A stretch of DNA of 20,000 nucleotides. Origin: Malacoraja senta. Taxonomy: Eukaryota. Every line of letters starts with the position of its first letter. Positions within the stretch are counted from its first letter, which is position 1. The notes below the pieces were generated by a model. That model searched no databases, was not told where the DNA came from, and saw only the letters and a program-made list of their open reading frames with translations. The position numbers and the translations under genes are program-made. The stretch spans positions 61,825-81,824 of the forward strand of contig JAXLNO010000676.1 of assembly GCA_038087875.1 (NCBI GenBank), in the 5' to 3' direction. Of the stretch, positions 9,479 to 18,839 are shown one piece after another.

Positions 9479-10165
9479 AGGGCCTGTCCCACTTGCGTGT
9501 CCTTGGCACGCAAATTACGCGACCTCGTGCTCGCGTTGAGCCGCGACGGTCCCGCGAAGGTCGGGCGCGATTTCATGCGTACGCACAGCCGTCTGGAGCG
9601 CGTGACGTCATTTGAAGATGGACACAAAGCTGGAGTAACTCAGCGGGACCGGCAGCATCTCTGGAGAGAAGCAATGGATGATGTTTCGTGTCAAGACTCT
9701 TCTTCAGTCTGAAAAGAAGGGTCTCGACCCGAAACGTCACCCATTGCTTCTCTCCAGAGATGCTGCCTGTCCCCGCTGAGTTACTCCTGCATTTTGTGTC
9801 TATCTTCAATTTTCTTGGCCCCGCTCTGGGAGTAGAAGTGAGGGGCGGATCCGGACCGCAAACGGCCGTGAGCCCCAGGCCGAGTTCGGCGATCGTTTGC
9901 CTGCTTCTGCTGGTGTTGGAGGTGAGACGTTGCGTCGCGCCAGGGTCTTGGGCCTGTCCCACTTTGGCCGTCAGTTCCGCGACAGGCCGTTGGCGAGCGA
10001 AGATTTCGTTCGCTACAAAAATGTCTGAGCCCCACTCGATGTCGCGCACAACTACACACCCCTCCGCGCTTCTCAGTGGGACTGGCCCCGCACGGCCATA
10101 CGCCTCAACGCAACCACGAGGTTGTGTAATTTGCATGCCAAGGACACGTAAGTGGGACAGGCCCT
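9479..10165. mobile_element. Second PIF/Harbinger-like MITE with the same terminal motif but different interior
   Basis: ~50-bp TIRs AGGGCCTGTCCCACTTGCGTGTCCTTGGCACGCAAATTACGCGACCTCGTG / CACGAGGTTGTGTAATTTGCATGCCAAGGACACGTAAGTGGGACAGGCCCT. Flanks TTA/TAA. Inserted into a PLE terminus (consensus GAG-TAA-CTCAGC). Confidence 0.85.
9612..9809. repeat. Head-to-head PLE terminal-repeat palindrome inside MITE 2
   Basis: Arms ~9612-9707 and ~9709-9809 are imperfect reverse complements with almost no spacer. Each carries a degenerate hammerhead core. Confidence 0.8.
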
Positions 10166-10520
10166 TAACTCAGCAGGACAGGCAGCATCTCTGGAGAGAA
10201 GGAACGGGTGACATTTTGGGTCGAGACCCTTCTTCGGACTCGGGGAAGCCTCAGGCGTCCAACGTTCTTGACGTTCAAGTTCTGACCCACACGGATTACA
10301 CACGCGCCAACAGTCGACCCGTCGCATTTTTGCAACAGTTCTCCTCCCGTGCCCCGCGTTCCATACTGGCACCTCGCTTGCATTCCCCCGCAAGTCAGCC
10401 TGAAGAAGGGTATCCACCCGAAATGTCACCTAGTTCTTTTCTCCAGAGATGCTGCCTGACCCACTCAGTCACTCCAGCATTTTGTGTCTATCTTCGGTGA
10501 AAACCAGCATCTGCAGTTCA
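10166..10520. repeat. Inverted PLE terminal repeats around a ~160-bp unrelated spacer; left arm begins at ~9457 before MITE 2
   Basis: Left arm ...CTCAGCAGGACAGGCAGCATCTCTGGAGAGAAGG...CCCTTCTTCGGAC. Right arm CTGAAGAAGGG...CTCCAGAGATGCTGCCTGACCC...CAGCATCTGCAGTTC. Confidence 0.75.
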
Positions 10521-10521
10521 C

Positions 10522-10984
10522 AAGTTATCGGAGTAGAATTAGGCCATTCGGCCCATCGAGTCTACACCGCTGTTCAATCATGGCTGATGTCTGACTCGTA
10601 ATCCCATTTTCCTGCCTTCTCCCCATAAGACTCGACACCCGTTCTAATCAAGAATTTGTCTATGACTGCCTTAATAAAAATATCCACTGACTTGGCTTCC
10701 GCAGTCCTCTGTGGCTATGGGTTCCACAGATTAACCACCCTCTGACTAAAGAAGTTCCTCCTCATCTCCTTTCTAAAAGAGCGCCCTTCAATTCTGAGGC
10801 TGTGACCTCTGGTCCTAGACTCTCCCACCAATGGAAACATTCTCTCCACATCCACTCTATCTGTGCCTTTCATTATTTTGCAAGTTTCAATGAGGTCCCC
10901 CCTCAACCTTCTAAACTCCAGCGAGTTGAGGCCCAGTGCTGTCAAACGCTCATCATATGCTAACCCACTCATTCCTGGAATCAT
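10522..10984 (-). mobile_element. CR1 LINE 3' fragment
   Basis: ORF 10715-11008: MIPGMSGLAYDERLTALGLNSLEFRRLRGDLIETCKIMKG...RRNFFSQRVVNLWN. Confidence 0.88.
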
Positions 10985-11046
10985 GGAATGGAATGATCCT
11001 GGAATCATTCCTGGAATTCCAGTTCCTTCCTACAGTTTTGTAGGTT

Positions 11047-12920
11047 ATTTGGACTTCTTATTGGTCACTGAAACCTGGCTTAATCCTGGTGGGCTTGCTC
11101 CACTCGTGGAACTCTGCCCTGATACCTGTAACTTTTTCAGCTCGCCCAGGCTCTCCGGTTGCGGTGGGGGCCTAGCCACTGTGTTTAAGAAACATTTCAA
11201 CTGCTGCCTCCTGAACGCTGATCATTTCTCCAGTTTTGAACATCAACTAATTATAGTTGGTCTAGTCTGTCCACTTTTAATTGTTCTTGTGTATCGCCCA
11301 CCAAAAATGCATAAGGACTTTATCACACAATTTGCTGATCTTATCGCTAGCTTGTTGCCCGAATTTGACCGGGTCCTGATTCTTGGTGACTTTAACATTC
11401 ATGTCTGCTGTCCCACTAAGCCTCTTGTGAGTGCATTTATGAACCTGGTTGAGTCCTTCAATCTGACTCTACTTACCACTGGAACCACACACAAGCTTGG
11501 CCATACACTCGACCTGGTGCTATCGTCTGGTCTACAGAAATTATTGATGCCTGTCTGTCTGATCATAGTGCAATTCTATTCGATGCATCTCTGCCTTTCT
11601 CTCCCTCAAATCCCATCTCCCTGCTCGCTACTCCCGCTACGTAAACTCTTCGACGGCCAGTAAGTTCTCTGCGGCTCTCATAGCGGCTCCCGGCATCTGC
11701 ACCATCGAGGCGTCTCCGCTCCATCTCAGCACCGACGAGATGGTCTTTATTCAATACCACTTGTTCTTCTATCCTGGATTCTGTTGCTCCTCTTAAAATG
11801 AAAAAGCCTAAGCCTAAAGGCTGGCCCTGGCTCAATGACACCACCAGAGCCCTAAGAAGAGAATGCAGAAAACCAGAACGGAACTACAAATCTGATAAGC
11901 TTCAAATTTCCTTTCAACTTCTGAGAAACAATCTTCGCTAATACCAGGAAGTGGTAAAGTCTGCTGAAAACAATACTTTTCCGACCTTATTTCCAAAAAC
12001 GCCCATAACTCCAAGGTCCTATTTAGTACCTTTTACCTCTGTCATATGTCCTGCCCCCAGTACCAGCTTAGCTTGTCCTAAGTGCGAAGAATTTACAAAA
12101 AATGTCACCAGCAAAGATAAGAACATCAGAACGAATATTTCCCCTCCCATCCGTGACCTAGCTGTCTCATTGGTCTGTTCTTCTAGATTAGACTGTTTCC
12201 AACCCGTTACTCTACCCTCCCTTGTAAAGCTGGTCACCACCATGAAACCTGCTACCTGCCCCCTCGACGTTGTCCCCACTGCCCTTCTGAAGGATGTCAT
12301 TGCAATAGCCGGTCCCAGCATCCTCTCTATCATCAACAGTTCTCTGGCCACTGGCGCTGTTCCTACCTGCTTCAAGCACGCGGTGGTCCAACCCCTCCTG
12401 AAAAAACCTAACCTAGACACCACCTTGCCTAGCAACTACAGACCTATTTCCAAACTGCCTTTCCTTTCAAAAGTCCTTGAAAAGGTAATTCTAAATCAAC
12501 TAATGCCTTACCTACACCAAAATACCATCCTGGAAAGTTTCCAATCAGGTTTCAGGGCCCACCACAGCACAGAGTCTGCCTTGTTGAAGGTACATAATGA
12601 CCTACTTCTCACCGTTGACTCCGGCGACTGTGCAATCCTGCTCCTTCTCGACCTCAGCGAGCATTTGACCCAGTGGACCACAATATCCGAATTGACCGTC
12701 TCCGGTACGGGGTTGGTATTGATGGCACTGCCCTGAGCTGGTTCGTCTCCTACCTCAAGGATAGGAGTTCCTCTACAAACATAAGCAACTCTCTCTTCCC
12801 CAGCGAGCCTTTGCTGCGGGGTTCCACAAGGCTCCATCCTAGGCCCCATTCTATTCTCCCTGTATATGCTCCCCTTAGGCCAAGTCATTCAGGCACGGCA
12901 TTTCCTTCCACTGCTATGTA
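11047..12920 (+). pseudogene. L2 ORF2 N-terminal part (APE endonuclease, linker, RT N-half), several frameshifts/stops
   Basis: ORF pieces 10863-11663, 11951-12736 and 12673-12945 carry consecutive endonuclease and RT motifs in different frames. Confidence 0.9.
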
Positions 12921-13134
12921 CAGTGGCTTGCAAAAGTATTCATAACCCTTGAACTTTTCCACATTTTGTCACGTTACAACCACAAACGTAAATGTATTTT
13001 ATTGGGATTTTATGTGATAGACCAACACAAAGTGGCGCATAATTGTGAAGTGGAAGGAAAATGATACATGGTTTTCAAATTTTTTTACAAATAAAAAACT
13101 GAAAAGTGTGGCGTACAAAAGTATTCAGCCCCCT
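12921..13134 (+). repeat. Left terminal inverted repeat of Tc1 with outer and inner direct repeats
   Basis: Outer GTGGCTTGCAAAAGTATTCA and inner GTGGCGTACAAAAGTATTCA (~13108-13127). Reverse complement of 14334-14554. Confidence 0.9.
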
Positions 13135-13299
13135 TTACTCTGATACCCCTAAATAAAATCCAGTGCAACCAATTGCCTTCAGAAGTCACCTAATTAGTAA
13201 ATAGAGTCCACTTGTGTGTAATCTAATCTCAGTATAAATACAGCTGTTCTGTGAAGGCCTCAGAGGTTTGTTAGAGAACATTAGTGAACAAATAGCATC

Positions 13300-14330
13300 A
13301 TGAAGCCCAAGGAACACACCAGACAGGTCAGGGATAAAGTTGTGGAGAAGTTTAAAGCAGGGTTAGGTTATAAAAAAATATCCCAAGCTTTGAACATCTC
13401 ACGGAGCACTGTTCAAACCATCATCCGAAAATGGAAAGAGTATGGCACAACTGCAAACCTATCAAGACATGGCCGTCCACCTAAACTGACAGGCCGGGCA
13501 AGGAGAGCATTGATCAGAGAAGCAGCCAAGAGGCCCATGGTAACTCTGGAGGAGCTGCAGAGATCCACAGCTCAGGTGGGAGAATCTGTCCACAGGACAA
13601 CTATTAGTCGTGCACTCCACAAATCGGACCTTTATGGAAGAGTAGCAAGAAGAAAGCCATTGTTGAAAAAAAGCCATAAGAAGTCCCGTTTGCAGTTTGC
13701 CACAAGCTATGTGGGGGACACAGCAAACATGTGGAGGAAGGTGCTCTGGTCAGATGAGACCAAAATTGAAGTTTTTGGCCTAAATGCAAAACGCTATGTG
13801 TGGCGGAAAACTAACACTGCACATCACCCTGAACCCACCATCCCCACTGTGAAACATGGTGGTGGCAGCATCATGCTGTGGGATGCTTTTCTTCAGCAGG
13901 GACAGGGATGCTTTTCTTCAGCAGGGTCAGAGTTGATGGGAAGATGGATGGAGGCAAATACAGGGCAATCTTGGAAGAAAACCTGTTAGAGTCTGCAAAA
14001 GACTTGAGACTGGGGCGGAGGTTCACCTGCCAGCAGGACAACGACCCTAAACATACAGCCAGAGCTACAATGGAATGGTTTAGATCAAAGCATATTCATG
14101 TGTTAGAATGGCCCAGTCAAAGTCCAGACCTAAATCCAATTGAGAATCTCTGGCAAGACTTGAAAATTGCTGTTCGCAGACGCTCTCCATCCAATCTGAC
14201 TGAGCTTGAGCTATTTTGCAAAGAAGAATGGGCAAAAATTTCAGTCTCTAGATGTGCAAAGCTGTTAGAGACGTACCCCAAAAGACTTGCAGCTGTAATT
14301 GCAGCGAAAGGTGGTTCTACAAAGTATTGA
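13300..14330 (+). pseudogene. Tc1 DD34E transposase, frameshifted
   Basis: ORFs 13300-13989 and 13878-14330 join into MKPKEHTRQVRDKVVEKFKAGLGYKKIS...GRPPKL...WSDETK...[14 protein letters not shown]...QQDNDPKH...SPDLNPIE...KGGSTKY. There are 34 residues between the second D and E. A 1-nt G loss near 13879-13882 and a 22-bp duplication (13880-13901/13905-13926) disrupt it. Similarity to Passport transposase is from recall, not a search. Confidence 0.95.
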
Positions 14331-14333
14331 CTC

Positions 14334-14554
14334 AGGGGGGCTGAATACTTTTGCATGCCACACTTTTCAGTTTTTTATTTGTAAAAAAATTAAAAACTTG
14401 AAAACCATGTATCATTTTCCTTCCACTTCACAATTATGCACCACTTTGTGTTGGTCTATCACATAAAATCCCAATAAAATACATTTACTTTGTGGTTGTA
14501 ACGTGACAAAATGTGGAAAAGTTCAAGGGGTATGAATACTTTTGCAAGCCACTG
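14334..14554 (-). repeat. Right terminal inverted repeat of Tc1
   Basis: Reverse complement of the left IR with few substitutions and a ~7-bp insertion (TAAAAAC near 14391). Confidence 0.9.
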
Positions 14555-15395
14555 TAGATGATACACAGCTCTATCTCCCCCTGAAGCCCAACAACCGATC
14601 TAATCTACTCAGCCTTATGCACTGCCTCGAGGATATAAAGTGTTGGATCGCCCAGAACTTCCTCCAACTAAACGAGAGCAAGTCTGAGGTCATCCTACTC
14701 GGCCCCTCGGACTCCATCAAAACGATAGCAGGCAGCCTTAGAAGCCTTATCCCCTTACTCAAACCTCACGTCAAAAACCTTGGTGTGATATTTGACTCCG
14801 CATTGAAGTTTGACAAACAAGTCAATGCTGTGGTAAAAGCTAGCTTCTTCCAGCTTCGGATGATAGCTAAATTCAAACCATTCCTCCAATTCGTCGACCT
14901 CGAAAAGATCATCCACGCATTTATCTCCTCCCGCCTTGATTACTGCAACTCCCTTTACACTGGCATCAGCCAATCATCCCTGTCCCGCCTGCAACTGGTC
15001 CAAAACGCCACAGCAAGACTTCTGACGGGCACCCGAAAAAGGGACCACATCACCCCGATTCTGGCCTCTCTCCACTGGCTCCCTGTGCGGTTCTGAATAC
15101 ATTTCAAGATCCTCCTTTATGTCTACAAAGCCCTTAACGGGCTTGCCCCCACCTACATCAATAGTCTGCTTACCCACCACTCCACCTCCAGGTCCCTCAG
15201 ATCGGCCGACTTGGGGTTACTGACCATCCCGCGGTCTAGGCATAAGCTCAGGGGCGACCGCGCCTTTGCGGTTGCAGCACCTAGACTGTAGAACAGCATC
15301 CCTCTTCCCATCGGAACTGCCCCCTCCATCAACTCTTTGTGAAGTTTAGACTTAAAACTTATTTCTACTCACAAGCGTTTCTTGAGGTTCTCTGA
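14555..15395 (+). pseudogene. L2 ORF2 C-terminal part (RT C-half and C-terminal domain)
   Basis: DDTQLY, NFLQLNESKSEVILLG, KNLGVIFDS, LHWLPVRF then TGA at 15094 (likely CGA>TGA), continuing IHFKILLYVYKALNGLAP...GDRAFAVAAPRL. Confidence 0.9.
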
Positions 15396-15744
15396 GGGGG
15401 CGCTGTATGTATGTATTTATGTATGTATTGTTAGGTCTATGTACCACTGTGTGTTGCACGTTAGTACCTGCACTGATGTAAAGCACTTTGGTGAACGAGA
15501 GTTGTTTTTAAATGTGCTATAGATATAAAATTGACTTGACTATAAAAATGGAAAATTGTCCCAAGTGTGTAGAGGAGCCAGTGTACAGGGTGATCGATCG
15601 TATTGTATCTCTAACTGAAGATGGACACAAAATGCTGGAGTAACTCAGCGGGTCAGGCAGCATCTCTGGAGAACATGTACACCAGCAGTCTTTTTTTATT
15701 AAGTAATGATACTGAATTTCAAATCATTGTTTGAGAACCAGAGA

Positions 15745-16020
15745 ATAAAGGTTTAAGGCGAAGGGGGGGAAACATATTACAGGAATCTGAGGGGTTATTT
15801 GTTCACACAAAGGGTGGTGGGTGTATGGAGCTGCCAGAGGAGGTAGTTGAGGCTGGGACTATCACAACATTTAGGAAGCAATTAGATAGGTACATGGATA
15901 GGACAGACTTGGAGTGATATGGGCCAAACGCAGGCAGGTAGGTCTATTGTAGATTGGGGCATATCGGTCGGTGTGGGCAAGTTGGGCCAAAGGGCCTGTT
16001 TCCAGGCTGTATAACTCTAT
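15745..16020 (+). mobile_element. CR1 (HER1-like) 3' fragment
   Basis: TQRVVGVW..LPEEVVEAGTITTFRKQLDRYMDR and tail GGGCCTGTTTCC..CTGTATAACTCTA, resembling the SINE tail. Confidence 0.8.
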
Positions 16021-16301
16021 GGCGGCACGGTGGCGCAGCGGTAGCTGCTGCCTCACAGCGCCAGAGACCCGGGTATGATCCTGACTACGGGTGCTGTCGG
16101 TACGGAGTTTGTACGTTCTCCCCGTGGGTTTCCTCCCACACTCCAAAGACGTACAGGTTTGTAGGTTCATTAGCTTGGTATACTTGTAAATTGTCCCTAA
16201 TGTGTGTAGGATAGTGTTAACGTGCGGGGATCGCTGGTCGGTGCGGACTCGGTGGGCCGAAGGGCCTGTTTCCGCGCTGTATCTCTAATCTAAACTAAAC
16301 T
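16021..16301 (+). mobile_element. HE1-like SINE
   Basis: GGCGGCACGGTGGCGCAGCGG head to (CTAAA)n tail, with a small internal deletion. Confidence 0.88.
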
Positions 16302-16457
16302 GCATTCTCTATGTCAATATTATCACCGTCTTTAAAACTGCTACATTGGCAGTATTATGTTACGTTATGGAGAGTGATACAAAGTGCTCGTTTGAAATCT
16401 CCGCCGTTTCTATACTAGATTGTTTCTCTGCTCCCAGCTCTGTCCCACTTCTATTGT

Positions 16458-16925
16458 AGAAACAATAGATACAGGAGTAGGCCATTCGGCCCTTCGAGCC
16501 AGCCCCGCCATTCAATGTGATCATGGCTGTTCATCCAAAATCAGCTCCCCGTTCCAGCTTTCTCCCCATATCCCTTGATTCCTTTAGCCCTAAGAGCTAA
16601 ATCTAACTCTCTCTTGTAAACATCCAGTGAATTGGCCTCCACTGCCTTCTGTGGCAGAGAATTCCACAGATTCTCAAATCTCTGGGTGAAAAGGTTTTTT
16701 CCTCATCTCAGTCCTAAATGGCCTACCCCTTATTCTTAAACTGTGACCCCTGGTTCTGGACTCCCCTAACATCAGGAATATTTTTCCTGCATCCAGCCTG
16801 TCCAACCCCTTAATAATTGTATATGTTTCTGTAAGATGCCCTCTCATCCTTCTAAATTCCAGCGAATACAGTGGACCCATTCTTTCATCATATGTCAGTC
16901 CCGCCATCCCGGGAATTAACCTGGA
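16458..16925 (-). mobile_element. CR1 LINE 3' fragment
   Basis: ORF 16674-16955: RLIPGMAGLTYDER..LYSLEFRRMRGHLTETY...RTRGHSLRIRGRPFRTEMRK. Confidence 0.87.
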
Positions 16926-17237
16926 TAATCTTGTGGTGATCCTTTCACGGATCAATCTGTTTAGAAAAATATCTTTTGTTTTCCCCCACTAATGTAATCC
17001 AAGATTGCCAATATCCATATCACAACAAAAGACGGGGTCACATTTCAATACAGGCACTCTGTAACATTCTCTGGGTACAATTACACGATAACATTCCATT
17101 ATTTGAGAACAATCGCACCAAATGAATGAATGGACAAATGGACAAGTCTGCCTTTGACACAGCACCGAGGATAGAGAATAATTGGGAGGGCAGTGGGCTG
17201 GAAATAAGATCGCTTAAGGTCTTGACCCAGAGGTGAA

Positions 17238-17332
17238 ATGAAGAAGGAGCTTGACCCGAAACGTCACCCATTCCTTCTCTCCAGAGATGCTGCCTGTCCC
17301 GCTGAGTTACTCCTGAGTTTTGTGTCTACCTG
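17238..17332 (+). repeat. PLE terminal-repeat fragment
   Basis: GACCCGAAACGTCACCCATTCCTTCTCTCCAGAGATGCTGCCTGTCCCGCTGAGTTACTCC matches 9726-9788. Confidence 0.75.
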
Positions 17333-17409
17333 CAGCCCATAGAACACGCTCGTAAAAATGCCAGCACGTAATGTGAAACTAGTTGCTAGAGTCGTCATTT
17401 CCAGGATCA

Positions 17410-18162
17410 AGTACATAGAATATGGAAAGGTACAGCACAGGATCAGGCCCTTCGGCCCACAATGTCAGAGTCACACAGTGTGGAAACAGGGCCTTCAGCT
17501 CATAATGATAGAATCATAGAGTCATACAGTGTGGAAACAGGCCCTTTGGCCCAAATTGGGCACACTGACCAACATGTCCTATCTGCACTAGTCCCACTTC
17601 CCTGCGTTTGGCCCATATCCCTCTAAACCTGTCCTATCCATGTACGTGCCTAATTGCATCTTAAACATTGCAATAGTCCCTGCCTCAACTACCTCTTCCG
17701 GCAGCTCGTTCCATACATCCACCACCCTTTGCATGAAAAAAGTCACCCCTAAAAAATGTTTCCCCCTTCACTTTAAGCCCTCTGGTCCTCGATTTCCCCA
17801 ACTCTGGGCAAGAGACTCTGTGCGTCTACCCGATCTATTCCTCTCATGATTTTATACACCTCTATAAGATCACCCCCTCATCCTCCTGTACTCCAAGGAA
17901 GTCCCAGCCTGCTCAACCTCTCCCTGTAGCTCAGACCCTCGAGTCCGGGCAACATCCTCGTAAAACTTCTCTGCACCCTTTCCAACTTGACAACATCATT
18001 CCTATAACACGGTGCCCTGAACTTAACACAATACTCTAAATGCGGCCTCATCAATGTCTTATATAACTGCAACATGACCTACCAACCAATACTCAATACT
18101 CTGACTGATGAAGGCCAATCTGCTAAAAGCTTTTTTGACCACCTTATCTACCTGTGATGCCA
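17410..18162 (-). mobile_element. CR1 (HER1-like) 3' fragment preceded by stacked tail remnants
   Basis: ORF 17878-18075: MLQLYKTLMRPHLEYCVKFRAPCYRNDVVKLERVQRSFTRMLPGLEGLSYRERL. Confidence 0.87.
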
Positions 18163-18172
18163 GTCTGTGGAC

Positions 18173-18530
18173 TGGAATACAAAAACAGAGATGCAATGCT
18201 GTGGCTCTAGAAGGCGCTGGTCAGGCCACATTTGGAGTACTGTGAGCAAATATGGGCCCCATATCTGAGGAAGGATGTGCTGGCTCTGGAGGGTTCAGAG
18301 GAGGTTTACAAGAATGATCCCAGGAATGAGTGGGTTAGCATATGATGAGCGTTTGACAGCACTGGGCCTGTACTCGCTGGAGTTTAGAAGGTTGAGGGGG
18401 GGACAGAATAATGAAAGGCCTGGATAGAGTGGATGTGGAGAGGATGTTTCCACTGGTGGGAGAGTCTAGGACCAGATGTCAAAGCCTCAGAATTAAAGGG
18501 TGCTCTTTTAGAAAGGAGGTGAGGAGGAAC
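18173..18530 (+). mobile_element. CR1 LINE fragment, head-to-head with the previous one
   Basis: ALVRPHLEYCEQIWAPYLRKDVLALE...MIPGMSGLAYDERLTALGLYSLEFRRLRG...MFPLVGESRTR. Confidence 0.85.
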
Positions 18531-18750
18531 ACATCTCCTTTAAACTTTAGTGTAGTTTATTGTCACGCTGAAAAAGCTGTTTGTTGCGTGCTAACCAGTC
18601 AGAAGAAAGACAATACATGATCGCAATCGATCCATGATAAGGGAATAACGTTTAGTGCAAGGTAAAGCCAGCAAAGTCCAATCAAGGTACACAAAAATGC
18701 TGGAGAAACTCAGCGGGTGCAGCAGCATCTATGGAGCGAAGGAAATAGGC

Positions 18751-18778
18751 AACGTTTCGGGCCGAAACCCTTCTTCAG
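18751..18778 (-). ncRNA. Minimal hammerhead ribozyme motif (inverted copy)
   Basis: Exact reverse complement of 18812-18839. Confidence 0.65.
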
Positions 18779-18811
18779 ACTGTCTGTGTATTCCTGTCCA
18801 CAGACTGGCGT

Positions 18812-18839
18812 CTGAAGAAGGGTTTCGGCCCGAAACGTT
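18812..18839 (+). ncRNA. Minimal type I hammerhead ribozyme motif (PLE-associated)
   Basis: CTGAAGA-A-GGGT(TTCG)GCCC-GAAAC-GTT: hammerhead core CUGANGA, stem II with UUCG loop, GAAA, palindromic ACGT stem III, UH site. Confidence 0.65.

Larger units (their letters stand above)
12921..14554 (+). mobile_element. Full-length Tc1/mariner DNA transposon, Passport (PPTN)-like IR/DR type, 1634 bp
   Basis: Starts CAGTGGCTTGCAAAAGTATTCA and ends TGAATACTTTTGCAAGCCACTG. TA target duplication at 12919-12920 and 14555-14556. Long inverted repeats ~12921-13134 and ~14334-14554. Central transposase. Confidence 0.97.
11031..15541 (+). mobile_element. L2-clade LINE, 5'-truncated at start of ORF2, interrupted by Tc1
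   Basis: APE motifs LDFLLVTETWL, VYRPP, ILGDFNIH, HTLDLVLS. RT motifs [48 protein letters not shown](V)DDTQLY. L2-type C-terminus SRLDYCNSL, LQLVQNATARLL, HITPILASLHWLPV. 3' end TGTAAAGCACTTTG...AATGTGCTATAGATATAAAATTGACTTGAC. Confidence 0.93.

Noticed and set aside
9476..10168. TTAA TSD (piggyBac/Kolobok) reading of MITE 2
   Set aside because: It is possible, but the sister MITE has a clean 3-bp TTA TSD and the host consensus has TAA, which favours Harbinger. Not fully excluded.
9688..10500. 270-aa ORF (and overlapping 187-aa minus ORF)
   Set aside because: It crosses MITE, PLE and spacer boundaries, has no recognisable domain, and is explained by GC-rich repeat sequence.
12019..12888. Antisense ORFs over L2
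   Set aside because: They are shadow ORFs of the L2 RT coding strand.
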